A DNA stretch of 64,000 bases, taken from the NCBI GenBank assembly GCA_023475165.1, contig JAMCWA010000070.1:31672-95671 (forward strand), in the 5' to 3' direction. The notes beneath the pieces are model-generated. The model was not told the origin of the DNA. It worked only from the letters and a program-made list of their open reading frames with translations, and did not search any database. Below, piece by piece: positions 36,459-46,795 of this stretch; within the stretch, counting starts at the first letter, position 1, and each line of letters begins with the position of its first letter. This DNA comes from Bacillota bacterium (GTDB lineage: Bacteria > Bacillota > Sulfobacillia > JAMCWA01). A program made the translations under genes and the position numbers.

Positions 36459-39086
36459 TTACTGCCTCACCGAAAAACGCAACACCCTGAAGCTGAACTT
36501 GAACTCTCCCACCCATAGGTAGCTGCCGTCAAAGGCAAGCCCACCAGGCATGAATAATCCATCCCGTACTGCCAGAGGGGGTACACCAGGACCCCCCTGG
36601 CCGAGTATCACCTGGGCTGGTTGGCCCTGCAGGGCATCCTCTACCTCCTTCCAGATGTGCACCCGATGAAAATTGGTGTCAGCCACGAACAGGCTCCCGT
36701 GCGAGACTATGGCGTTCTGAGGAAGGTTGAAGACGCCCGGCCCCCCGAGGGAGGCAACCGGCCTCACGGTCGGGGAAAGCTCACTTACCCGGTAAATATA
36801 GATGCGCTGCTGCCCTGTCGTGACGACCAGGTACCGACCGTCGCTGGACAGCCGGAAGGGACTTTCGACCGGTATTGCGAAATCCGGGTCCCGCTCGGCG
36901 GGGAGGCCCTTCCAAACGTAAACCTTGTTCGCCGCCGCGTCCGACAAGTAGAAGTAGGTGTCATCCAGGGCAACACCGGTAAGTTGGCCGAACTCCACGC
37001 TCCCGATCCGGTCCCTGTACACCGCGTCGGGCGGCTGTCCATTCACCGGTAGGGAAGACCACACCAACACGGTGCGCTTGCCGGCCAGTACGAGGGTGTT
37101 CCTCCACAGCTCGTTGTCCCAAGGCTCGCTGGGCAAGACGTAAACCAAATCGGGATAAGACCCGCTCTTGTCCGGCAGCCGCTTCCACACGTAGAGTTTA
37201 CGGTCGAAGTCAGAGCTGACAAACAGGCTGGTGCCATCCGTGGCCGGCACCCCGTTGGTGAGTACATAATGTGTATCCAACGTGTTGGTGGCCGGATCAG
37301 GGGCACCGATGGCGAAGGCCGGGGTCTCGACCGGGCTGGACGGGAGGCGGTCGTAAACCACTACCTTGTTACCGTTATAAAGGGAGATGTAGACCCGGCC
37401 CCCGGCCAGCACAAGACTGGCCCCGTCCCCTCCGTCAAACCGGTAGCCGGACACGGATAGCGCCGGTGGCTCATCCGCCGTGGCTGGCACCGAGTTCCAC
37501 ACGTGCAACGTCGCCCCCAGCATCACCAACCTGCCATCAGGAGCAATGGCCCCCGTCATCCAGGCACCCCGGCTGTCCACCGGGTCGGACCGAAAGTAAT
37601 CGTAAGGCTGGTCGTCACGGGTGGGAAACGTCTTCCAGAAGAAGTTGCCCACCGGGCTGGGCGTGTTGCGGGCATTGTGGTCGCCCACTATCAGGCACTG
37701 GCCATCGCTGGTAATGGTACGCGGGGTACCCATGTCCCCGCCCGCGGTGAGGCATATGTCAGCGGGCTGATCATCTTTCCAGGGAAACTTGTTCCATACA
37801 AGCACGTAGCCATCCCTCGTGCTACTGATCACCAGCCGGTTACCGTCGGTCCATACCCCCCATGGCCAGGAGAAGCCGGACTTCGTCGGCCTGCCCCCCG
37901 CGAAACCCTTCTTCCCGTCCAGGACGATGTCCGCAGGCTGGCCGTTCCTAGTGGGGAATTGGTTCCATATGAGAATACGGTCGTTGTTGGTATCTGCCAC
38001 CACCACCCGCTTTCCGTCCGTCGCCACACCCACCGGCCAGTTCAGCTGCCCCCGGCCATTACCAGGATCGTTGGAGTTGAAATCGGGCTGGCCCAGGACC
38101 AGGTCCGGCGGAGAGTTGGAAACCGGAAGGTGGTTCCATATCAGTATGCGGTTGTTGTTGCCATCGGCCAGGAGCAGGCGGGTGCCGTCACTGGCGATGC
38201 CCTTGGGATGATTAAAAAGAAGCGGTCCTCCCGTCTGGTTGAAATCGACCCCGGAAAGCATAAGATCGGCGGGCTGCCCGCTCGAGAACCAACCCGATAG
38301 CCCACCCGGGGCGACCGGGTAGGTCGTGGCAACCTCCACTACCCTCACGGAGGCAGATTGCGGCGACACGCACAGCACCTTCAGACAGGCAGCGGCAATG
38401 TCTTTCTCGCGGCCGGTTGGCTCCCGGCCGTCGGACCGTATCTCCTCCAAGGCGCCCGCGCCTATCTGCTCCCGGAATAGTTCTTCAAGCCCCGCAGGAC
38501 CGGGAATGACTCCCTTCAAGTAGTCGCTCGCCACCTCAGGGGGAAATTCCCGGCGCGCTTGTTCCACCAGCGCTTGAAGGGACTCCAGCGTGACCTGAGG
38601 GCGCAACCAGACGATGACGGTGCGCGTCTGCGGCTCCCAGTCCACCATATACCCGACCGCCTCAGCCACAAACCTGGCGGGCAAGTATGTACGGCTGTCC
38701 TTTATCACGGGGGCAACCGGGATGGATCGTTCTTCGCCGTTCACCACCACAACCGGCCTGCCCACAAAAAGCTCCACCTTCTTATCAGGAAACGTCAGGG
38801 TAACTCGTCGCTGGATCTCGTCCCATCCCACCAGGGCACCCATGGGCTCGGCCAGATAGCGGACCGGCACATAGGTACGGTCTTGTTTGATAAAGGGCGA
38901 GGCATCCATGAGCCGTTCCGCACCGTTGACAAAATATCATGTCTCCCCGATAGTGAACTTGATCTCCGACGCCTGCGTACACTGGGTGTCAGCCAGAACC
39001 CGGCCCGGGCCAACCAGGGCAAAAGCGAGGAGCCAACTCGTCAGGCCGACAATTAGCCACCACACGACCGAGCTCTTCCGCCTCAT
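36459..39086 (-). pseudogene. Secreted copper-amine-oxidase N-terminal domain plus NHL/beta-propeller protein, with in-frame TGA at codon 50
   Basis: GGAGG RBS, then MRRKSSVVWWLIVG...RVLA signal peptide, then IKFTIGET*YFVNGAERLMDASPFIKQDRTYVPVRY in frame with the 816-aa ORF. Repeated DLVLGQPDF / ADxNNxRILIWN blades. TGA at 38937-38939. Confidence 0.82.
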
Positions 39087-39143
39087 TTCGAACCACCTCC
39101 GTCACACCAAACTTAGCGCCCGACACCGAACCCATATCAACGG

Positions 39144-39416
39144 TTAGTCGTTGCCTGACTTATCAACTGTTCTATATGCCTGGTTTATTATCAGCAGGTC
39201 AACATCTCTACCGGTGAGGTCCTCCAATTTGCTCCAAATGGCTTTGACATCTTCTTTAGTGTAGGATGGATCAAGGAAAACAGCCAAGTCAACATCTGAA
39301 GCTGCCCGAAATCTCTCCTTGGCGAAGGAGCCAAACAAAAAGGCCAAAATTACTTTTGGATTATCAGCTAGGTAGTTTTTGACCTCCAGCAGCCATGTAT
39401 CCCCAGCCGTAGCCAC
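39144..39416 (-). pseudogene. MntA-type nucleotidyltransferase antitoxin, apparently truncated; no partner toxin
   Basis: LAFLFGSFAK...SDVDLAVFL...GRDVDLLIINQA, then stops at about 90 aa, shorter than typical family members. Confidence 0.72.
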
Positions 39417-39654
39417 CAAAACCACCTCTTTTTTGGTCCTAAGCATATAATACCACATTCTGTCAGGCGGGCCAATGGGATTCATAAAGGGCAACCGTAA
39501 ATAAGGTTTCAAGCAATCCCTTGCCGCAGAATGAAGGGGGCTTAATTTTGGGGAGATCTGCCTTCCGGGGCTCATCCCAAGGCGTGTTATCTGACGGTTG
39601 GTTCTCGGAGACCTCGATTTTGTTGGATCTGCAGCGTTATAGGCTTTTCGGGGA

Positions 39655-39684
39655 AAAGTGGGTCAGTTTTCAAAGGAATTAACA
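39655..39684. mobile_element. IS21-family terminal inverted repeat remnant
   Basis: aaagtgggtcagttttcaaaggaattaaCA; the reverse complement TGTTAATT...AAAACTGACCCAC resembles IS21 ends. Confidence 0.6.
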
Positions 39685-40071
39685 TTGGATCAATAGCTAC
39701 ACCCTCCGATCGCTTGACAATGAATGCTATTCGTTGTAAGTTATATCCACAAAACTTGCCGGTAATCGATAAGCCGCCAGGCGACCGTGGTGTAGGAGTG
39801 GATGACGCCGCGGCCCCCACGGATCCGCCGTAACTCAGGGTCATGTAAAAGACGGTCCTGGCGTAGGACCCGGCCATGCCGTGGCCGACCCCCGTGATCC
39901 GCCTTGGCGATCAGTCCGCTGGATAAATGCGCGGCGTTCCTGATCTCCCATTTCCTTTATCATTTGACCTTTATCATTTGACTTTCATCATGAAAAAGGC
40001 CAGCCCCCCTTGATTCATATCCTCTGGGGGGATTACGCCATAAACTGAAGGTAAACCGGGCGGTGGATACC

Positions 40072-40599
40072 ATGTCACTTACCGATATTCAGCGGCACGT
40101 CGTGGAACTAAGGACGTTTTCTTCTGGCCATGCAACCTTTCTCCAGACCATACTAAAAGAGATCTTAGACTACTATGGAGAGAGGCTCGTCGGTTTGGCC
40201 ATCTTTGGTTCTTATGCCCGCCGCGAGAACACTAAGAATTCAGATCTCGACCTGCTCATCATTCTAAGAGGGGCCTCCTCAAGGCGCGAGCGCATTATCG
40301 AATTCGTTAACGAAATTGAGATGAAGCATGAAAAGATGGCCCAGCATCTGTACAAGAATGAAGGAATCTTAATTGAGCTTTCTCCTTACATCCTCAATGA
40401 GAGCGAGGCCCTTAAGTTGCAGCCCATCTACTTCGACCTGGTGGAACACCATAACATCTTGTACGATCCCCGAGGTATAATAGATCGAATTATTACGTCA
40501 ACAAGCAGGTTATTGAAAGAAAAAGGCGCTCGCCGGCGGAGGCGAAATAATACCTGGGAGTGGCAAACGGGATATTTTCTAGGAGGCATAGACTTATGA
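40072..40599 (+). CDS. MNT antitoxin (type VII HEPN/MNT TA), copy 2
   Basis: GSYAR...SDLD motif; overlaps the HEPN gene (ATGA). Confidence 0.9.
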   Translation: MSLTDIQRHVVELRTFSSGHATFLQTILKEILDYYGERLVGLAIFGSYARRENTKNSDLDLLIILRGASSRRERIIEFVNEIEMKHEKMAQHLYKNEGILIELSPYILNESEALKLQPIYFDLVEHHNILYDPRGIIDRIITSTSRLLKEKGARRRRRNNTWEWQTGYFLGGIDL

Positions 40600-41012
40600 A
40601 GAATGATGAGCTGACCACGGCCTACTTAAAAAAGGCTAAGGTACGTTTGGAGGCTCTCTCCTTTTACCGGGAACGGGGGGCTTATTCGGATGTAGTCAGA
40701 GAGGCTCAAGAGTTGGTAGAACTTCTTTTGAAGGGTGTGCTGAGGGCGATCGGCGTGGAGGTACCAAAAGTTCATGACGTCAGTAGGGCTTTGGAGAACA
40801 ACCGCGACCTTTTGCCAAGCGATCTGGTTACTGAGCTCGATGAGGTCAAACGGATCTCTAAACGCTTGCGAAAGGAAAGGGAACTGGCCTTTTACGGGGC
40901 CGAGGACTTTGTACCTACTGAAGAGTATGACCTCAACGATGCCGATCTGGCCATCAAAGAAGCCGAATTCATCTATAAAATAGTGAGCAAGAGTTTCCAA
41001 GAAAATAGTTAA
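40596..41012 (+). CDS. HEPN-domain toxin
   Basis: AQELVELLLKGVL, PKVHDV, RELAFY (Rx4Y); directly downstream of MNT. Confidence 0.9.
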   Translation: MKNDELTTAYLKKAKVRLEALSFYRERGAYSDVVREAQELVELLLKGVLRAIGVEVPKVHDVSRALENNRDLLPSDLVTELDEVKRISKRLRKERELAFYGAEDFVPTEEYDLNDADLAIKEAEFIYKIVSKSFQENS

Positions 41013-41576
41013 AAGGTCCGTTCCAGGTTTTCCTCCAATATTTCCTTGATCTCATAACCAGTTAGGTTCACCATAGATACGGGCGGGTTTTCCGGGATGA
41101 TGTTGTAAAGGTCGTTCATCTTCACTGGGCCGGATGGTACCGGTGCCCCGTAGCGCCAACCATTGGAAAAGGCCACCTCAGCCCCCGTCAGATCAACGAT
41201 ACTTTGCAAAAGCAGATTATCCATAGTCGTCTCCAGCATTCCTCCCCGGTCCAACGGGGTGGCCGTCTCCCCCACAACCTGTCCCAGGAATTCCCGGGAC
41301 GGCTCCAGGATCGTGGAAATCATCCCTTCCACCTCGTCGTCCGGGTGGAGGTCAGGGGTGATGGCGATCAACCGGTGCCGGTAGCTGGTCACCCTTTTGC
41401 CTTCCACCGTCAGATCGAGCCGGCCCAAAAAGGAACCGTGCAACCCCGATTGAATGACCATCGTCTGCCCCACTAACACCGACTGGTAGAGGCGGTTGTG
41501 GGTATGGCCGCTCAGGCAGATATCCACCCCCGTTACCTGCCTTAAAAGCTCGACCTCTTGAGGAAAACCCAGGTGG
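41011..41576 (-). pseudogene. 566-bp internal fragment of a second soxB-like allele
   Basis: Colinear with 34993-35558, with scattered substitutions, many synonymous; no start or end of the gene. Confidence 0.92.
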
Positions 41577-41577
41577 A

Positions 41578-41614
41578 ATTGACCCACCCTCCATAGGACT
41601 GAGTGCCTCATTGC
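41578..41614 (+). repeat. IS21-end-like ~35-bp repeat, copy 1
   Basis: tgacccaccctccataggactgagtgcctcattgc, similar to 42690-42724. Confidence 0.65.
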
Positions 41615-41819
41615 CGAACAAATCATCGATTCGGCGGGGGGAAGGGGGCTGCCCATATCCTTAGGCTGCTGGTTCCCGGCATAAGCGCCATGAGCATTCG
41701 GAAAATAGCGAAGGAGGCCGGAGAGAGGGCGTAAGACGGGAGTGTTCCTTTCTTGACGTTGCTTTACCAGGTATGATAGACTGTGGAGAGTGAGGAGTTG
41801 GTAAGGAGGTAGATTGTTT

Positions 41820-42104
41820 ATGGAAACACGCATTTCTTCCAAAGGACAAATAACCATACCTTCAGAGATTCGCCGCCAGTTAAAGATTCACACTGGAGAT
41901 GCCCTGCTGGTCAAAGCGATCGGGGAAAACAGTATTATACTTGAGGTAAAAAAGAAGGCCTTAACTGGTGGCCAGGGTACAAGCGAAAATATACTTAAAG
42001 CTACGGCGGGTTTATGGAAAGATAGAACTGATATCAATGAGGATTTCATCCGAGAACTACGTAAATCAGATCAGAGACGCCTGGAGGAATTGCTCAATGA
42101 ATAG
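41820..42104 (+). CDS. vapB: AbrB/MazE-family antitoxin (VapB-type)
   Basis: RISSKGQITIPSEIRRQLKIHTGD, GLWKDR; overlaps the PIN gene. Confidence 0.9.
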   Translation: METRISSKGQITIPSEIRRQLKIHTGDALLVKAIGENSIILEVKKKALTGGQGTSENILKATAGLWKDRTDINEDFIRELRKSDQRRLEELLNE

Positions 42105-42492
42105 CATTGTAATTGACTCCGATATCCTCATTGATCACCTCCGGGGCTTTCAGCCGGCCACAGATTTTTTGTTACGCATTTTTCAGGGCGAGTTTACGGG
42201 CCATATATCTGTACTTACGGAAATGGAATTGCTGGCTGGCACTATACCCAAAAAAGGCGAAAAAGAGCAGATAGAGAGTTTGCTTAAGCGTTTTAATGCC
42301 ATTCCCGTATCGTCTAGTATTGCCCGGCGTGCCGGAGAGCTTTTGCGAAAATACAGAGCTAATGGACTTGCCCCGGTAGACGCCATCATTGCCAGTACCT
42401 CTTTAGACCTGACAGCCATACTGGTGACGAGGAATACGAAGCACTTTGAGCCTATTGAAGGATTATTAACTTTAAAACCCTACTCTTCTTAA
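42097..42492 (+). CDS. vapC: PIN-domain toxin
   Basis: IDSDILIDHLRG, ELLAG, DAIIAST, LVTRNTKHF. Confidence 0.92.
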   Translation: MNSIVIDSDILIDHLRGFQPATDFLLRIFQGEFTGHISVLTEMELLAGTIPKKGEKEQIESLLKRFNAIPVSSSIARRAGELLRKYRANGLAPVDAIIASTSLDLTAILVTRNTKHFEPIEGLLTLKPYSS

Positions 42493-42509
42493 GTTACAAG
42501 GATGTGATT

Positions 42510-42612
42510 GCTGGCCGCCCGGGCTATCCGGACGGCCTCCAGGGTGGCGCCGCGGACCGGTTCCACCGCCAGGGAGAGGGAGCTGAAGTAGAGGATAGGG
42601 GTCCTCAAGTAC
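42510..42612 (-). pseudogene. Short PfkB-family sugar kinase-like fragment
   Basis: Minus strand TPILYFSSLSLAVEPVRGATLEAVRIAR resembles the fructokinase ILHFGSLSL..EP.RSA segment. Confidence 0.45.
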
Positions 42613-42683
42613 CTCTGACGGCAGTTCGCCGGGGTCAAGCCGACACTCCATAATGCAGTGTAAAATGCCCTCTGGCAGGGTAT

Positions 42684-42724
42684 GAAAACTGACCCACCCT
42701 CTAAAGGACTAAGTATCTCATTGC
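42684..42724 (+). repeat. IS21-end-like repeat, copy 2
   Basis: gaaaactgacccaccctctaaaggactaagtatctcattgc. Confidence 0.65.
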
Positions 42725-42822
42725 TTTAAAGTCCAGCCAGCCCTGGCCGGCAGCGCCCCCGGCGTCCGAGGGTCTGGAAGCAATCCTCGCCAGGGCACGT
42801 CCAATACCTTTTTAGAGATCCG

Positions 42823-44028
42823 TTAATACATCCAGGACCGCATTACTCGCTCATGGGGTTCAAAGAGGGCAGAATAAAGCTCCATGGCCGATCTATCCGT
42901 GAGAGAAGAAATAAAATCAACGAGTATACGCCTCTTCTTAGTGTCACCGGCCTCTTGCAAGCACTCCTGAACCTCACGTGGAAGCAAGGCAGGTTTGTCC
43001 CACCACTGTTTATAAAGGGATCTTATGATCCTCCGTCCCTTTTCCACCATAATCATCACGGCCGGGTGACGGTATACTTCCTCAAGCAGTTTATCTTTGA
43101 GAAGCCCGAGGTCGGACCTAACCTGTGGCGAGTGGTCAGCCAGAGGGTTGGCCATCTGACGCACGTCCGAAATACTTCTCACGGAAAAACGCTGGATATT
43201 CTTCTTCGTTTGTTCAATAGCGTCTACGGAAAGGTTATGTATGAGATTGCGGACGAACAGGCGCAGGGCGATCTCGTCCGCGGCCGAGTCTTCTGACTGA
43301 CCCGCGTATTCCAGCTCGTCGTAGCTTTCTTCCAAAATCTTAATGCGCCACGATCGAACCTGTTCCATAGTAACCAGTCTTGCAGCCAGAGCGTCTTCTA
43401 GATCATGGGTCAGGTAAGCGAGCGTGTCAGCTAGGTCGACGACCTGACTTTCCAGACTGGGTTGATTATATTGCTTAAACTCATCTGGTACCGCCGGATT
43501 GTCAAAGGCAGTCGAGTGGCGGGCAAGACCTTCCCTGGTTTCGAAGCACAGGTTTAGGCCGGGGAAATCACGGTATCTTTTTTCCAGTTGGTCAACGATG
43601 CGCAAGCTTTGGAGATTATGATCAAAACCTCCGGCGTCCTTAATGAGGTCATCAAGTTCCTCCTCACCAGCATGCCCGAAAGGAGGATGGCCTAAGTCAT
43701 GAGCAAGGGAAATCGCCTCCACCAAATCCTCATTGAGACCCAGAGCCCGAGCAATGGTCCGAGCGTGCTGCATCACCTCAAGGGTGTGAGTCATCCTGGT
43801 CCGGTAGAAATCGCCCTCATGGACGACATAGACTTGGGTTTTAAACTGAAGCCTACGAAAAGATGAGGAGTAAAGGATCCGGTCACGATCGCGCTGAAAG
43901 GGGAGACGATACTGGTCTGGCCCCCCCACCTCTTCGCGGTATTTTCTCTGACAATCCCGGGAACGAGTAGCATAGGGCGCCAAGTGCTCCTCTTTCGCCG
44001 AAAGTGAGGAATGATCCTCTAGTGCCAA
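42823..44028 (-). CDS. dgt: dGTP triphosphohydrolase (HD superfamily, Dgt-like)
   Basis: FQRDRDRILYSSSFRRLQFKTQV, RTRMTHTLEV, AHDLGHPPFGHAGE, ADTLAYLTHDLED, DFISSLTD. TTG start behind GGAGGAGG. Confidence 0.92.
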   Translation of the reverse strand: MALEDHSSLSAKEEHLAPYATRSRDCQRKYREEVGGPDQYRLPFQRDRDRILYSSSFRRLQFKTQVYVVHEGDFYRTRMTHTLEVMQHARTIARALGLNEDLVEAISLAHDLGHPPFGHAGEEELDDLIKDAGGFDHNLQSLRIVDQLEKRYRDFPGLNLCFETREGLARHSTAFDNPAVPDEFKQYNQPSLESQVVDLADTLAYLTHDLEDALAARLVTMEQVRSWRIKILEESYDELEYAGQSEDSAADEIALRLFVRNLIHNLSVDAIEQTKKNIQRFSVRSISDVRQMANPLADHSPQVRSDLGLLKDKLLEEVYRHPAVMIMVEKGRRIIRSLYKQWWDKPALLPREVQECLQEAGDTKKRRILVDFISSLTDRSAMELYSALFEPHERVMRSWMY

Positions 44029-44090
44029 TGTGCTTTCCTCCTCCCCTTTGTCCCGCCCCGTAAAACTCCACCGTGGCCGAGGCTGCACTT

Positions 44091-44130
44091 TAGTCATCCA
44101 TAGTCATCCATAGGCATCCTAGGCTATCCT
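44091..44130. repeat. 4x ~10-bp direct repeats upstream of the dGTPase
   Basis: tagtcatcca tagtcatcca taggcatcc taggctatcc. Confidence 0.8.
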
Positions 44131-44309
44131 GGCAACGCTTTGACTGCTTTCCCGAGAAGCGACATGGCCTCCTGCCCAGACAGGCGGCAGAAGAGCTTCG
44201 CCAGTAAAATTATAAGGCTTTCCCGATGCGAAACTTGTCGAAATATGTCTTGGAGAAAAATTTCTTGGGTTATTCGCTGCGCTGCCAATGTAGGCTTCGG
44301 GGACCCTGA

Positions 44310-44684
44310 TTACCATAGCAAGTGCTCGTTCCATAAGGAAATGACAACATCAATTTGCTGATTGTGAACTTTTCCTCCGCCTGTTACTTCGTCCCACAAA
44401 GCCAGTTGATTTTTAGATAAGGCAGGTTCACGCTTAAGGGCCTCAAGTGCCCGTATGGCGTAGTTCTTGTTCTTTATGGAGTTTGTATATTTCCCTGGAA
44501 CAACTCCTTTGACCAATCCTTCTTCACACAGGCCCAGGTAGGCCCCTCTTGGGCAACCTTTGTCCTGGGCAGCGCTCCCTCGGCCAAAGATCTCTGTTGT
44601 GGCAATATCCCAGGCCTCTCTTGGGTCAACGCCACGTTGCGCCAACTTAGTGGCCATTATCGCAGCTTCACCGTACTTGCCCAA
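44310..44684 (-). CDS. Conserved hypothetical protein (DUF6979-like)
   Basis: MGKYGEAA...P.EAW...KGCPRGAYLGLCEEGLVKG...KNKNYA...HNQQIDVV; family recognised from memory. GGAGGG RBS. Confidence 0.72.
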   Translation of the reverse strand: MGKYGEAAIMATKLAQRGVDPREAWDIATTEIFGRGSAAQDKGCPRGAYLGLCEEGLVKGVVPGKYTNSIKNKNYAIRALEALKREPALSKNQLALWDEVTGGGKVHNQQIDVVISLWNEHLLW

Positions 44685-45299
44685 TTGCTATCCCTCCATA
44701 AAAACGATTTTCCCAGCTCCTACAGAGACCTTCTTGGAAATACTAACGATACAAACAACCCCATTGGACTGGTCATCTCTTTTTATACATTAGCATGATT
44801 TGACAGTGGTCATCTTCAAAAAGGACTTTACCCACATTCTCCTTCACGAAGGCGAATTCCCTCCTTTGCTGCCAATACGGCAGGCGGTATGAAGTATGGG
44901 GGTTACAGGTTTGCGCTAGGGGTCGAGTACCGCCAGTACCCAGGGTTTCGCTTGTAAAATAGCCAAAAGTCAAAATTTTTCACGCTAGCTTTTCCATAAT
45001 GAAGTGAAGAGCGGCCCCCATGGCATAGTTCTTGTGGTGAGCGGAATACTTAGGCTGGTGCTTTTTAAATAACGTTCGCCACTCCACGAGAGCGATATTT
45101 CTAAGATGGGATAGAATATCGACGGTTATTGCTGGTAGTAACGCATCATTTCCGTTTGCCTCCCACCTATTTTCATTCTGGGTGAGGTTGTCTATTATAG
45201 AACACCATCTCTCTGATTCTAGAATGCTCGGGATCCGTGGCAGCTCGCATCCCTTGGGCTTCTTTCATCCTTTGGACGTGGGCTGTGAAAGCCTCGGCC

Positions 45300-45470
45300 A
45301 AAATCGGGAGGTCTCGATACCCCGGAATCTAATTAAAGCCAGTTCAGCGTTTTGAGCATTAATTGTCACCCAGCACAAGGCCCCGTCGCCGTTCGTCGTA
45401 TCCTCTACCCCCTGCCGGACGCTATCTCGAATCCGCTCGTTTAACGACTCTATGGCATTGGTCCTACGAA
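45300..45470 (-). mobile_element. IS256-family transposase C-terminal fragment
   Basis: RRTNAIESLNERIR matches the IS256 RTTNxIExLNxxIR motif. Confidence 0.6.
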
Positions 45471-46795
45471 AAATCAAATTCCTCTTTTTCTTTGTTAAAA
45501 AACGGGACTGCCTCTTGCTCCAAACCAAAAGCAGCATAGACTCTTTTTACCAAATCATAGGCTGTTTTATCTGGCGTAAAGTTACTAGACACTTTAGTTT
45601 GGAAAGAGAAATGCGGCTCGCTAAAGGGCTTCACATCTGATCTTGGAAATCGAAATCCAATCGAGCGAGGGGAATATGGGAGAAGTATGTACCCCCTTAT
45701 ATTTCGGTAATAAAGAGTGATCAAGAACTCGCCATCAATTTTGGATTCCGTGGTAATTGCGCGGTACAGCCTTAAAAAGGTGGCGGGGTATTCCGTTACT
45801 GGATAAGGATACAACCTCGGCCTTCGGCGAAACTCTTCTTCAGATTGTCTCCAGCAAAAGTTCTCATTGAGCGGTGTCCAGAATTCCATGTGGCCGTTAC
45901 CAAGAAGCTCTAGGTATCTATAATCTTTTTCACCCCAGCGAATTCCTTCTGAAAACCGTTCGACAACAGCAAAGCCAGGATGCATATTCCACCCAGCTTC
46001 CCTCGACCCAGGCGGCTCCTGTATAAATTTAAGAATCTCGTCAGAATCCACGTTAATGAGCCCTGCTCGCGGATTAACCGGTGTGGCCGCCATCGAGAAA
46101 TATGGGATATCCCTGATCTCCTTTTCAAAACGGTCAACTGTCACACGTGCCAGTGAATCGCCATTTTCAATAAATAAAAGTGTAGGGATCACACCCGATT
46201 GCATCTTCTCCAAAATAATCTCACACTCTTTTTCGGATTCAATGACCTTCATAATCTTATTTAGAGCAAACCCAATATCAGAAAGCCTGCGCTCAAGTGA
46301 GTCGTTCTTAAAAGCTTCTTTTATTTCGCTTAAACGCATAACTTTCTTGCCATCGACGTATCTGGTGTAGAAATCCGTTCTGTAATTAAAGGTAACCATG
46401 TGAGGTGCGCGTGCACTTGCAGGAATCCTGACAATCACAAGTGGATTGTTGTTAACAGTTCTAGTGACTACTTCTAATCCTTCTATTGGTTCTGAAATGT
46501 GTGCATGGCTTAGTTCTACAATTGCTTTTTTAATCCTCTCCACATCCGTGATTAATCCAGATGCATAGGATTGCGCCCTGCCATTTCCATCGTCACGAAT
46601 CCCGACAATAAAATACCCGCCCCCTCCGTTGGCAAACGAAACAATATCTCGCAGAAGCTCGAGCTTCTGATCATCGTCTCTATAATTAATGGTGGCTTTG
46701 AATTCCAAATGTTTGCGTTCGGAAATATGATCGCGGACCAAAGAGTCTATTTCTTCGTCGGTGATCTCACTAATCGATTTGCCTTCAAAAATCAT
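45464..46795 (-). CDS. AlbA_2 (Schlafen-like) domain protein with unknown C-terminal domain
   Basis: SERKHLEFK, RDIVSFANGGGGYFIVGIRD, LVIVRIP..PH, FYTR; AT-richer than the flanking operons. Confidence 0.87.
   Translation of the reverse strand: MIFEGKSISEITDEEIDSLVRDHISERKHLEFKATINYRDDDQKLELLRDIVSFANGGGGYFIVGIRDDGNGRAQSYASGLITDVERIKKAIVELSHAHISEPIEGLEVVTRTVNNNPLVIVRIPASARAPHMVTFNYRTDFYTRYVDGKKVMRLSEIKEAFKNDSLERRLSDIGFALNKIMKVIESEKECEIILEKMQSGVIPTLLFIENGDSLARVTVDRFEKEIRDIPYFSMAATPVNPRAGLINVDSDEILKFIQEPPGSREAGWNMHPGFAVVERFSEGIRWGEKDYRYLELLGNGHMEFWTPLNENFCWRQSEEEFRRRPRLYPYPVTEYPATFLRLYRAITTESKIDGEFLITLYYRNIRGYILLPYSPRSIGFRFPRSDVKPFSEPHFSFQTKVSSNFTPDKTAYDLVKRVYAAFGLEQEAVPFFNKEKEEFDFS

Noticed and set aside
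38937-38939. In-frame TGA as selenocysteine
   Set aside because: The position lies in a structural surface domain with no redox Cys context, and I see no convincing SECIS hairpin downstream.
41577-41857. N-terminal part of the 282-aa ORF 41009-41857 as a real fusion protein
   Set aside because: It is chance read-through across the vapB promoter and IS-like repeat into the soxB fragment.
44690-45200. Possible gene between the AlbA_2 and DUF6979-like genes
   Set aside because: Only short broken frames with no recognisable domain; possibly a pseudogene, but unsupported.
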